The notes under the pieces are model-generated. The model had not been told where the DNA came from. It made no database searches and was given only the letters and a program-made list of their open reading frames with translations. Shown here one piece after another: positions 10,818 through 19,608 of a stretch of 64,000 nt of DNA; the first letter of the stretch is position 1; each line of letters begins with the position of its first letter. Source of the DNA: Clostridia bacterium (GTDB taxonomy: Bacteria > Bacillota > Clostridia > JAAYHZ01); the NCBI GenBank assembly GCA_050950825.1, contig JBMNIH010000010.1, forward strand, positions 64,001 through 128,000. The letters are read 5' to 3'. A program made the position numbers and the translations under genes.

Positions 10818-11390
10818 CTATAGCGATCCTCTTAACCCGATTTTATCCGCAACCTTTTTCATACCTTCAATGGTTTGGTAAATGACTTCGTCAAGGTCCA
10901 TGTTAAGCATGGCGGCACCTTCCGTAATGATGTCCCGGTTAACACCTTGAGCAAAGCTTTTTTGCTTGAATTTCTTTTTTACCGAGCTTACCGAAAGGTC
11001 CAAAACGCTTTTGCTTGGCCTCATCAAACAGGTGGCATTTATTAAGCCCGTCAGTTCGTCAATAGTGTAAAGAACCTTCTCCATAACATGGACAGGCTCC
11101 GTATCGGAGCATATTTTCCATCCGTGACTGACCGCCGCACGAATATATTCTTCGGGCCAGTTTTCCTCTCGCAATATCTTTTCCGTTATCGTACAGTGCC
11201 GGTCCGGATATTGCTCATAATCTAAATCGTGAATCAACCCAATCACGCCCCATTTTAAAACATCTTCTTCTCCGAAAAGCTCCGCAAAATGAAGCATAAC
11301 GCCTTCCACGGCCAAGGCATGGCGAATCAGACTTTCATCTTTGTTGTATTTTAACAACAATTCATACGCTTGTTCTCCGGTCGGTGTCAT
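10818..11390 (-). CDS. HD-domain (HDIG-type) phosphohydrolase
   Basis: RHALAVE, GLIHDLDYE, DELTGLI and KKKFKQKSFA motifs. Confidence 0.85.
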   Translation of the reverse strand: MTPTGEQAYELLLKYNKDESLIRHALAVEGVMLHFAELFGEEDVLKWGVIGLIHDLDYEQYPDRHCTITEKILREENWPEEYIRAAVSHGWKICSDTEPVHVMEKVLYTIDELTGLINATCLMRPSKSVLDLSVSSVKKKFKQKSFAQGVNRDIITEGAAMLNMDLDEVIYQTIEGMKKVADKIGLRGSL

Positions 11391-11597
11391 AATTCTCCTT
11401 CAACCTTTCTTGACATTTTTAAATACATCAAAAAATCTAATCATATTTTACCATCAAAATCGTCCTAATCCGACCGGTATTTATAAAAATTACATCTGTT
11501 AAAATCGATTTTTTCGTACATAATACGAATGTGCGTACAATCTCATTTCTTTTTAGGAAAGAGAAATCCTTTTTTAAAAAGGAGAAGGAGGCTAACT

Positions 11598-11774
11598 GTG
11601 AGTAAAAGAAGAAGTGTTATGTCCGATGAATTGAAGGCGGAATTCGCCCGAGAACTCGGCGTTTATGACACTGTAAAACGAGAAGGTTGGGGAAGCGTTT
11701 CTTCCAAAAATTGCGGTAACCTAGTCAAACTGGCTATAGAAAAAGCAAATAGAAATGCGAACCAACAAAAGTAG
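11598..11774 (+). CDS. Small acid-soluble spore protein, alpha/beta type
   Basis: AAGGAGG RBS with GTG start; MSDELKAEFARELG...EGWG.VSSKNCGNLVK. Confidence 0.85.
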   Translation: MSKRRSVMSDELKAEFARELGVYDTVKREGWGSVSSKNCGNLVKLAIEKANRNANQQK

Positions 11775-11791
11775 CTGCCGTATGCACTTTA

Positions 11792-11828
11792 AAGGGGCTG
11801 CAATCGCAGCCCCTTATTACTTTTTTTA
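11792..11828. terminator. Bidirectional intrinsic terminator
   Basis: AAGGGGCTGC-aatc-GCAGCCCCTT with a nearby T-tract. Confidence 0.8.
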
Positions 11829-11846
11829 AAATCCGTTATTCCAATA

Positions 11847-12470
11847 TTAGGATATTAAATTGTAAAGAAGCTGTGCCATTTCCGCTTTTGTTGCATAGCC
11901 TCTCGGATTCAATTTCCCGTTGTAGCCGCTAATGATTTCCGCTTCAACCAGCGCCGCAATCGCTTCTCTCGCCCAAGAAGCAATTTCGTTTTCATCCGAG
12001 AATACGGATAAAGGCTTATTTATTCTTTTCTCCGGCAGTTTCCCGATGGCATTTAAGATATTGTACAACATAACGAATACCTCCTGCCGTGTTACGGTTT
12101 GATTCGGAGCAAATCGGTTGTTACCGACTCCTGAAACGATTCCCAAACGTTTTGCCGCTGCCAAGTAGCCGGAATATACGGTTTCGTTCGCATCGACAAA
12201 ATTATCCGTCGGATTTTCATCGGGACCGATACCGTAGGCCTTCATCAACATAACAAGGAACTGTACTCTTGTAAGATATGCTCCGGGCTTGAAATTCCCG
12301 TCTTCCGTATCGATGGCGATATCTCGAGCCGCGATAAAGCTTACGGGCTTGTAATACCAAGCATTCGAAGCCGCATCACATTGTTATACCCTCCCCTATA
12401 GGTCCCAAGTATAGACAATCGCTTTCGCATCGGAGTCGTATTGTCCGTTAGGTACGATAGTCAAACGAAA
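11847..12470 (-). pseudogene. Remnant of a surface protein with C-terminal triple SLH module
   Basis: The SLH frame runs upstream of ATG 12251 (DAASNAWYYKPVSFIAAR...FKPGAYLTRVQFLVM) to a TAA at 12384-12386 with no start codon. Other frames just upstream encode GYNNV and IVPNGQYDSDAKAIVYT, resembling the usual pre-SLH linker. No signal peptide. Confidence 0.75.
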
Positions 12471-12478
12471 ATTCACTT

Positions 12479-13276
12479 TTAAAGTCCGTAATCTCTTCTT
12501 TTTGCTGCGGACATTCTCCGATAAACGGAAGGCGATACGCCGGTTTTTTCTTTGAACATCTTTGCCGAGTGGCCGTTGTAGTTCATGTTGCATGCGGCAA
12601 AGGCTTGGGCAACGGAAAGATTGGGATCCAACAGCTTTTCCTTTAGCTTCTCGATTTTTATATTCCGATAATACTCGTGAGGGGTTATACCCATATGCTT
12701 TTTAAACACCTTCGTAAATTGGGCCTTGCTAAGGCACGCCGCTTTCGCGGTCTCCTGCAGGTCAAAAGGCTCCTGCCAATGGATGTCTAAGTATTGCCGT
12801 CCTCGTGCAATTTCTTCTTTCCCTCTGTATACTTTTTTAAAAATGAAAAATACGGCAAAGTATTCCATCCTTCCGTCTGTATTTGCTAAAGGAAAGCATG
12901 TAATATCCGCATGTATGGATTGGATATCTCGATCGACAACATTGAAATAGCGGACCAAATCCCGATAGGATGCATAGAAATCGGAAATATGAACTACATT
13001 CCCTTTCAATACCTCCCTTACTTGATCCGTATAACCGAGCTTTCGAACAACAGGGTCTCTGAATACGTTGTATTTCCCCACATGAGTTTCGACGCTTCGG
13101 ATACCGATCATCTCCAGGGCGGCTCTGTTAATCAGCTGTGCCGTTCCGTCAAGGGAAAAAATCTGTATGGGGTAAGGGAACTGCTCGATAACTTTTGCAA
13201 GCAGTGTTTGATTCTCAAAACACGATTCAAAGGATTTCGTAAAATTCTTTTGTTCCTCATCCATTTGATTCATCAT
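12479..13276 (-). CDS. AraC-family regulator with N-terminal PAS-like domain
   Basis: VIEQFPYPIQIFSLDG (PAS-like); LSKAQFTKVFKKHMGITPHEY and FKEKTGVSPSVYR (AraC HTH). Confidence 0.85.
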   Translation of the reverse strand: MMNQMDEEQKNFTKSFESCFENQTLLAKVIEQFPYPIQIFSLDGTAQLINRAALEMIGIRSVETHVGKYNVFRDPVVRKLGYTDQVREVLKGNVVHISDFYASYRDLVRYFNVVDRDIQSIHADITCFPLANTDGRMEYFAVFFIFKKVYRGKEEIARGRQYLDIHWQEPFDLQETAKAACLSKAQFTKVFKKHMGITPHEYYRNIKIEKLKEKLLDPNLSVAQAFAACNMNYNGHSAKMFKEKTGVSPSVYRRMSAAKRRDYGL

Positions 13277-13311
13277 GCCATTCCCCCATTTTCCATTATT
13301 ATCTAATTTGT

Positions 13312-13340
13312 ATTATATGAAAAATGAAAAATAAAGGCAA
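13312..13340 (-). promoter_or_regulatory. SigA-like promoter for the AraC gene
   Basis: TTGCCT-17 nt-TATAAT. Confidence 0.6.
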
Positions 13341-13344
13341 TAGC

Positions 13345-13836
13345 TTATTCCTCTCCTTCCGCCACAGAACCGTCCTTTTTGCTCCTCCTGTTTTTATTGA
13401 AAATGGAATCGAACAGATTGTATATGCTTGCGGCAATGATTACCGCACTGGCAATGGCGGTAGCAACCAACAAGGTCTCCGTCCCTTTGTAAACGGCGTT
13501 TTTGTAATCCTCCTGAAGCAGCGAGATCATGGTAAAATACATGCCTGCTCCGGGGACCAAAGGAATAATTCCCGGCAATAGTGTAATTGTTATCGGCATC
13601 TTTTTAAATCGGGCGATGAACCGGCTTGCCAGGCTGGCCGCCAAGGCTCCCGTAAAGGTAGCCCCTACTACGGAATCGTAAGCGGTAAGGAATAATAAAT
13701 ATGTAAACCAAGCCAAAGCGCCGCAAAAACCGGCATAAGGTACGGCTCTTTTCGGGCAGCGGAACAAAATGCAAAAGCACATGGTGGCTATAAATGCATA
13801 AAAAAAGTTAAGCAAAAGATTTATAAAAGTACTCAT
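13345..13836 (-). CDS. ThrE-family exporter, small subunit (YjjB-like)
   Basis: Hydrophobic with PGIIPLVPG motif; overlaps its partner gene by 4 nt. Confidence 0.85.
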   Translation of the reverse strand: MSTFINLLLNFFYAFIATMCFCILFRCPKRAVPYAGFCGALAWFTYLLFLTAYDSVVGATFTGALAASLASRFIARFKKMPITITLLPGIIPLVPGAGMYFTMISLLQEDYKNAVYKGTETLLVATAIASAVIIAASIYNLFDSIFNKNRRSKKDGSVAEGEE

Positions 13837-14600
13837 AGAAAACCACCCTCAAACATGTTGGACAAGCTGAATACAATGGCTACTCCGGCTGAAACCGCGA
13901 CAATGGTGAGCAAGGCGTCCACCGCCTTTACCGTTCCGCTGATATAGTCCTGATGAAAAATATCAAGAATGGCATTGGTGATGGCCACTCCGGGAACCAA
14001 AATCATGATGGATCCGATAATAATTTCGTTAATATTCCCGGTGTTAAAAAAAGATGACAAGCTAATGGAAAAAAAGGAAATCAGCATTCCTCCGGCCAAA
14101 TCATTGATAAAGCCGGTAAATCCGGCCTTCGCCAATAAAATCAATACCAACCGCGTTAAAGCCCCCGTAAAAAAAGCCAATATGCTGCTTTCGATTCTTC
14201 CTTTGAACATGAAACAGAAAAAAGCGGAAGAAATACCGGAAAACAAGACCAACCATACGGCTTTATAGCTTCGAATGGCGTTAATTTCATCCAACAATTC
14301 TTTTGCTTTTTGAATATCCGGCTCGCCTTGAGCCAAATCTCTTGACAGTTGGTTGATTCTTTCGATCTTTGTCAAGTTTATTTCTTTTTTTCTTACTCGC
14401 TGAATTAGCGTCACCGTTTCGCCTTGGTAGCAAATACTTGCATCCATACCGGTAACCGTGATGGTGCATTCGATGCGAGAAGCACCGAAGCTTTTGCATA
14501 TTCGGGCAACGGTGTCTTCCACACGATAAACCTCGGCACCGCTTTCCAGCATAATTCTGCCTGCATACATGGCAAGCTCCAATATATCGATTGCCTTCAT
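13833..14600 (-). CDS. ThrE-family exporter, large subunit (YjjP-like)
   Basis: AGRIMLESGAEVYRVEDT and LVPGVAITNA motifs. Confidence 0.88.
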   Translation of the reverse strand: MKAIDILELAMYAGRIMLESGAEVYRVEDTVARICKSFGASRIECTITVTGMDASICYQGETVTLIQRVRKKEINLTKIERINQLSRDLAQGEPDIQKAKELLDEINAIRSYKAVWLVLFSGISSAFFCFMFKGRIESSILAFFTGALTRLVLILLAKAGFTGFINDLAGGMLISFFSISLSSFFNTGNINEIIIGSIMILVPGVAITNAILDIFHQDYISGTVKAVDALLTIVAVSAGVAIVFSLSNMFEGGFL

Positions 14601-14625
14601 AAACTGCACCCTAACAAAATCTATT

Positions 14626-14655
14626 TTAAAAGGTCCCCGACAACGACGGGGACCT
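14626..14655 (-). terminator. Terminator after rubrerythrin
   Basis: AGGTCCCCG-7 nt-CGGGGACCT followed by TTT on the minus strand. Confidence 0.65.
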
Positions 14656-14687
14656 GCCTATCTTCGGTTAATATACCCTCGAATTCA

Positions 14688-15227
14688 TTAATAGTTTTTG
14701 CACACCAATTCAAAAAAGGCCTTCGGATGGCTGCAAACCGGGCAAACCTCCGGAGCTTTATCGCCTTCATAAATATGACCGCAGTTACGGCATTTCCATT
14801 GAACTTTTTCGCCCTTTTCAAATACCGTCCCGTCTTCTACATTTTTCAACAAAGCGAGATATCGTGCTTCATGTTCCTTTTCGATAGCCGCAACGCCTTC
14901 GAACAATTTGGCTATTTCATCGAAGCCTTCTTCATAAGCTTCTTCGGCCATACGCTTGTACATCTCAACCCATTCGTAATTTTCACCGGATGCAGCATCT
15001 TTCAGGTTTGCGATGGTATCGCCGATACCGTGGAACAGCTTAAACCAAATTTTTGCATGTTCTTTTTCGTTTTCAGCCGTTTCCAAGAACAAGGCTGCAA
15101 TCTGTTCGTATCCTGCTTTCTTTGCTGCCGAAGCATAGTACGTATATTTATTACGAGCTTGAGATTCACCGGCAAACGCTTCCATCAAATTTCTTTCGGT
15201 TTTCGTACCTTTCAGATCTTTCTTCAT
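14688..15227 (-). CDS. rbr: Rubrerythrin
   Basis: AGGAGG RBS; [19 protein letters not shown] and IEKEHE motifs; C-terminal CRNC/CPVC rubredoxin-like site. Confidence 0.95.
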   Translation of the reverse strand: MKKDLKGTKTERNLMEAFAGESQARNKYTYYASAAKKAGYEQIAALFLETAENEKEHAKIWFKLFHGIGDTIANLKDAASGENYEWVEMYKRMAEEAYEEGFDEIAKLFEGVAAIEKEHEARYLALLKNVEDGTVFEKGEKVQWKCRNCGHIYEGDKAPEVCPVCSHPKAFFELVCKNY

Positions 15228-15417
15228 TGATTTTCCGAACCTCCTTTTGTCAAATCGTTTATTATTAATTATAAACAAAGTGAAGCGAATAGTAAACATT
15301 ATTTTCCGGCCCGAACTTAATATTCTCCCTTTATTGAATTTACATACAAAATTTTATAATTTTCTACATTCCGGAGATACTAAAGAAAAAATGTGAAAGG
15401 ACAAGGACAGGAGCATT

Positions 15418-16977
15418 ATGAATCAATCCGTTTCTTATTGGATGGATACTGCAACACCTCCCGATTTTCCGCCTTTTCAAGGAGACCGCACATGCGACGC
15501 GGCTATAATCGGCGGAGGGTTAACCGGTATAACAACGGGAACTTTATTGGCACAAAAAGGGCTTCATGTCATCGTTTTGGAATCCGATAAGGTAGGCAGC
15601 GGTACCACATCCAAAACAACAGCGAAGATAACCATCCAACACGGTTTGAAATACCGGCAGTATATCCGCGGAATCGGTGTCGAGAATACCGCCATGTATG
15701 CCAAAGCCAACCTGTTGGGGTTTGATTTGATCGAAAAGCTTATACGAGATCACAACATCTCCTGCGATTATACGATAGAAACGGCTTACATTTTCGCCGA
15801 CAGCGAAAAGGATTTAAGCAAGCTGGAAGACGAAAAAAGAGCCTATGACAAATTGGGACTCACTTCCTATGTGATCGAGCAATGCAAATTGCCCTTTCCG
15901 GTATCCGGGGCATTCGGTGTACCAAGGCAAGCTTATTTTCATCCTCTAAAATATCTGTATGCATTAACCGATGTATTAAAAAAAAGCGGCGGCGAAATCT
16001 TCGAGCATTCTCATGTAAAAAACGTGGACAAGGAAAACGGAACCGTTTACGTCAACGGAGGATCCCTTCGTGCCAAATACGTCATATTAGCCACCAACTA
16101 TCCCTTCTTGGATATGCCCGGCTATTACTTCATTCGAATTTTCCAGGTTCGGTCCTATCTTACGGAAACCGTCACCTCCGACTACAATGTTCAGGGTATG
16201 TATTTAAACGCAGGGAATCCTACGATTACCATCCGATCTCACGCAGACGAAAACGGGCAACATCTTTTGCTCGGCGGATACAATCATAAAACCGGACATC
16301 AAAAGAACCAAAAGCCTATTTACGAAAAAATCGATTTGGTCAAGCAAGATCGATTCCCTTTTATCAAGGAACCGATACAACATTACTGGTCCACCCAAGA
16401 CAGCGTTACGTTAGACCACATTCCCTATATCGGCCGCCTTTCTTCCCAAACGCCCAATATCTTTATCGCTACCGGCTACGACAAATGGGGCATGACCAAT
16501 TCCGCTGCGGCGGCATTAATCCTTGCCCACGAAATTACCGAAGAAAAGCATCCTATCATGGAGACAAAAGGCATCTTTTCACCCTCGCGATTTACGCCGG
16601 GTGCGGCGGCAAAAGAATTTTTATTCCTTGGAGCCGACGCGGTAAAAGAATATGCGTTAAGCGGTTTGATCATACCCAAAGGACAAATTGACAAAATAAA
16701 AAAGGGAGAAGGCAAAGTCATACGTGCCGACGGGCAAATCTTGGCGGTTTACCGAGATCAAGAAAACAACCTGTCCGTTTTTGACGCCCATTGCACCCAT
16801 CGGATGTGTCCTTTGACCTTTAATAAAAACGAGAATTCTTGGGATTGCCCGTGCCACGGATCCCGCTTCGATATGAAGGGCAATATCATCAGCGGTCCTG
16901 CGGTAGAGCCCCTTAAAAGGTTTGAAATAAAATCGGAAGAAGTAAAAGAAGAAACGACCGAACAAAAAGAATCATAA
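15418..16977 (+). CDS. FAD-dependent oxidoreductase with C-terminal Rieske 2Fe-2S domain (YhfW-like)
   Basis: IIGGGLTG and TTAKIT motifs; Rieske ligands CTH...CPCHGSRF. Confidence 0.9.
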   Translation: MNQSVSYWMDTATPPDFPPFQGDRTCDAAIIGGGLTGITTGTLLAQKGLHVIVLESDKVGSGTTSKTTAKITIQHGLKYRQYIRGIGVENTAMYAKANLLGFDLIEKLIRDHNISCDYTIETAYIFADSEKDLSKLEDEKRAYDKLGLTSYVIEQCKLPFPVSGAFGVPRQAYFHPLKYLYALTDVLKKSGGEIFEHSHVKNVDKENGTVYVNGGSLRAKYVILATNYPFLDMPGYYFIRIFQVRSYLTETVTSDYNVQGMYLNAGNPTITIRSHADENGQHLLLGGYNHKTGHQKNQKPIYEKIDLVKQDRFPFIKEPIQHYWSTQDSVTLDHIPYIGRLSSQTPNIFIATGYDKWGMTNSAAAALILAHEITEEKHPIMETKGIFSPSRFTPGAAAKEFLFLGADAVKEYALSGLIIPKGQIDKIKKGEGKVIRADGQILAVYRDQENNLSVFDAHCTHRMCPLTFNKNENSWDCPCHGSRFDMKGNIISGPAVEPLKRFEIKSEEVKEETTEQKES

Positions 16978-17005
16978 AAAAAGGGGCTTTCAAAGCCCTT
17001 TTCTT
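16976..17005. terminator. Bidirectional terminator
   Basis: A-tract, GGGCTT-tca-AAGCCC, T-tract, between convergent genes. Confidence 0.75.
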
Positions 17006-18625
17006 TTATGCCGCTTCGGTGGATTCGGTCGATACACGTTCCGCACCTTTTTGAACAATTTGGTCCAGCTTGCTGTACCAGCTGGGTCTTAATTGCTCTA
17101 CCTCCACCTTATCCCCTTCTTTGAAAATTCGTTTCGCCGTTACATAATAACCGGTCATACCGGATTGCTTAATCACCGTCTGCCCCGGTTGAAGGGTGGG
17201 TACAATCTCTTCTATAACACTGAAAGGATAAACTTGTTCAATTTTTGTTTCCACCGTTACAACTCTTCCCGGATGCTCGTCGGTTCCTCGGAATACGATT
17301 TCCACCGCTTGGTCTTGCAAATAGCATTCGATTTTTAAGGGGTAATTGGTATTGTTTCTGAATTTAAAGTCGACGGACCCCCAAGAGACCGTTGCGTCGG
17401 TTCCTAAATCCACGTAGCTTACGGTAAACTGGTGGTTTAATCGCTCCACGATTTCCAATCCGGAATAAAGAGCGGAGTTATATAAAAGAGATGAAATCTG
17501 GCAAATGCCTCCGCCGTAATCGGTTTCAATCCGCCCGCTTGTATAAACATTAGCCGGTTTAAACCCTCTTTCGGGGGATCGTTCCCCCACTACATCGTTG
17601 AAGGAGAAGACTTCCCCGGGAGCCAACACCTTACCGTTTACGTATTGGGCTACCAATCGGATGTTGTGACCACGGTTTTTTGTATTGGTATCGTATTCGC
17701 TGTACACGGTGGTTCTTCGGTCCAAAACATCCCTGAAAATTTTCTCTTTCACATCGTCGTATCTTACATCCGGAATCACCGTTTGGATAGACAAGGGAAT
17801 CGTGATCTTTTCTTTTTTCCCTAATTGGTCCACGGATTCCTCCAAGATCTTTTTGTCCACGGTTTTTCCCTGTTTTTCCGGGATAATTATGACTTGGTTG
17901 TCCTCTACCTTAAAAGTAGCCGGCTCTTCTTGGACATAAACTTTTTGGAATATTTCCTCGGCATTTACGTTTTTTCTGGGATAAACGGATACTTCCGCTT
18001 GGAACCGAGCGCTTTCCAATCGATCCAAAGCTTCGTAGACTTGATCCGCCAATTGAACTCTTTTTAATTCCTTTCCGTCGGTTCCCGATTTTAACAGGAT
18101 TTCACCCTCGGTAATTTCATAGGAATTGTCGATTCGTTCAACGAAGATATCATCATAAATTTCCGTGATGATTTTCTCTACCGCAAGCGGGTCGTAGGTT
18201 ACGTTGGTATAGAACTTTTTAGGTCTTAAATAAACGGACAGAATTTCAAATACACGCTCTTTTTTCGTACCTACTCGGCCAATGCTCCAAACGGCTTCGA
18301 CGATTTCATCGATATTGACGTCAATATCCACGTCGGTGAAACGTATTTCCCGCGTTTTATCGTTATAGCTTACCGTAATGGATTTTTGCTCCAATACGTT
18401 TTTTTCGCTTTCTACAAGCCACTGCTTGAGCTCTTCCTTTGTAAGCCCGCTTACATCCCTATCGTTAACCGTTATTCCTTTATAAATCACGTTTTGGTCC
18501 AAAAGGTCGCCAAAAAGGATAACGGCGTAGGAAGAAGCGCCGATGAGCAGTAAAGCTAAGAATATTAAGATTATACTAATGGAGGATACTCCCCTTTTAT
18601 CAAATAAGTTCAGCAAAAGCAACAT
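17006..18625 (-). CDS. Membrane-anchored VanW-domain protein with PG-binding region and G5 domain
   Basis: N-terminal TM helix; PGEVFSFNDVVG, GGGICQISS, DATVSWG and DFKFRN (VanW); C-terminal G5-like segment. Start codon uncertain. Confidence 0.85.
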   Translation of the reverse strand: MLLLLNLFDKRGVSSISIILIFLALLLIGASSYAVILFGDLLDQNVIYKGITVNDRDVSGLTKEELKQWLVESEKNVLEQKSITVSYNDKTREIRFTDVDIDVNIDEIVEAVWSIGRVGTKKERVFEILSVYLRPKKFYTNVTYDPLAVEKIITEIYDDIFVERIDNSYEITEGEILLKSGTDGKELKRVQLADQVYEALDRLESARFQAEVSVYPRKNVNAEEIFQKVYVQEEPATFKVEDNQVIIIPEKQGKTVDKKILEESVDQLGKKEKITIPLSIQTVIPDVRYDDVKEKIFRDVLDRRTTVYSEYDTNTKNRGHNIRLVAQYVNGKVLAPGEVFSFNDVVGERSPERGFKPANVYTSGRIETDYGGGICQISSLLYNSALYSGLEIVERLNHQFTVSYVDLGTDATVSWGSVDFKFRNNTNYPLKIECYLQDQAVEIVFRGTDEHPGRVVTVETKIEQVYPFSVIEEIVPTLQPGQTVIKQSGMTGYYVTAKRIFKEGDKVEVEQLRPSWYSKLDQIVQKGAERVSTESTEAA

Positions 18626-18841
18626 CTCCGTTTTTTATATTTATATTTTTATCTTTTCATATTATCGCAAGTAAACAGACGAAAAACTACAAAGGATTTG
18701 CTTTATTATTTGGCTCTATTTCCATAGACTTCAATTGCGAATTTAGCCTTTATTTTCCCTCACAATTCTTTTTGCATCCGTTCGAACTGCATCAATTATA
18801 CCACAGGAAATCAAAATTATAAAAGCTTTATTTTCAAAAAG

Positions 18842-18871
18842 GCATATTCCGACACACGGTTATCATACTTT
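18842..18871 (+). promoter_or_regulatory. SigE-like sporulation promoter
   Basis: GCATATT-15 nt-CATACTTT upstream of yaaL-bofA. Confidence 0.55.
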
Positions 18872-18908
18872 TACATAGGATATCGAAAAAGAAAAGGAGG
18901 CGGCATTT

Positions 18909-19259
18909 ATGCGTATACCGCTGTTAAACAGAAAATCGATCCGTTCCATTGCTTTAAAGCATTTCCTTAGAAAATACGAAGCTCCGGCGTTACCCGATCC
19001 TAACAAAGATCCTCTTGACTTTTCCGATGAAGAGCTGTTAATTGCCATAAAAAACGCCAAAGAAGAAATGGACCAAGCCATGGAAAACTTTAATTACGCC
19101 GAATCCTTCGAAATCATCGATTGTTGTATTTATCGAATAAAAGCAAGCACGGAATATTACCAATACTTAATAAAAATCGCCAAGAAAAAAAATTTAGCCA
19201 CAACCTACATACCCTACCGGTTAAAAAAAAGCAAGGGAAAGGAGGAGAATAAGAATTGA
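18909..19259 (+). CDS. YaaL / DUF2508 family protein
   Basis: AKEEMDQAMENFNY...IDCCIYRIKA...YQYLIKIAK; lies directly before bofA. Confidence 0.75.
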   Translation: MRIPLLNRKSIRSIALKHFLRKYEAPALPDPNKDPLDFSDEELLIAIKNAKEEMDQAMENFNYAESFEIIDCCIYRIKASTEYYQYLIKIAKKKNLATTYIPYRLKKSKGKEENKN

Positions 19260-19441
19260 AGAAAGTATTGAAATTTTTTCTGAACGTACTTTTTGGCGCC
19301 GTCTTTTTATTTTTCTTAAATAGATTCTGTGCAGGGTCTCGATTTACCCTTCCTTTGAACCTCTACACCGTCCTCTGTACGGGTATTTTCGGGGTTCCCG
19401 GCGTCATCCTATTAATATCCGTCAAGTACATTCTTCTGTAA
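19256..19441 (+). CDS. bofA: Pro-sigmaK processing inhibitor BofA family
   Basis: LPLNLYTVLCTGIFGVPGVILL motif; AGGAG RBS with TTG start. Confidence 0.8.
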   Translation: MKKVLKFFLNVLFGAVFLFFLNRFCAGSRFTLPLNLYTVLCTGIFGVPGVILLISVKYILL

Positions 19442-19608
19442 TCAATTTGTATACATAATACAAATTTTTTTCTCCTGAGTATTTTAAAACATTATGTTTT
19501 ATGTTATGATGTATGGTGGTAACAAGATACATACAGATTATGTCGTAATCCCTTACAACGACATCTTCATAATAACATATACAAAAATATTTAAAGGAGA
19601 AAAAGAAT

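Noticed and set aside
11497-11525. SigG promoter for the SASP gene, and SigF promoter for the YhfW-like gene at about 15353-15382
   Set aside because: The -10 elements (CATAATA; GGAGATACTA) fit, but the -35 matches and spacing are too weak to call.
14424-15230. 268-aa plus-strand ORF
   Set aside because: Antisense shadow of rubrerythrin and thrE.
18626-18800. c-di-AMP or c-di-GMP riboswitch before vanW
   Set aside because: I could not find the consensus helices.
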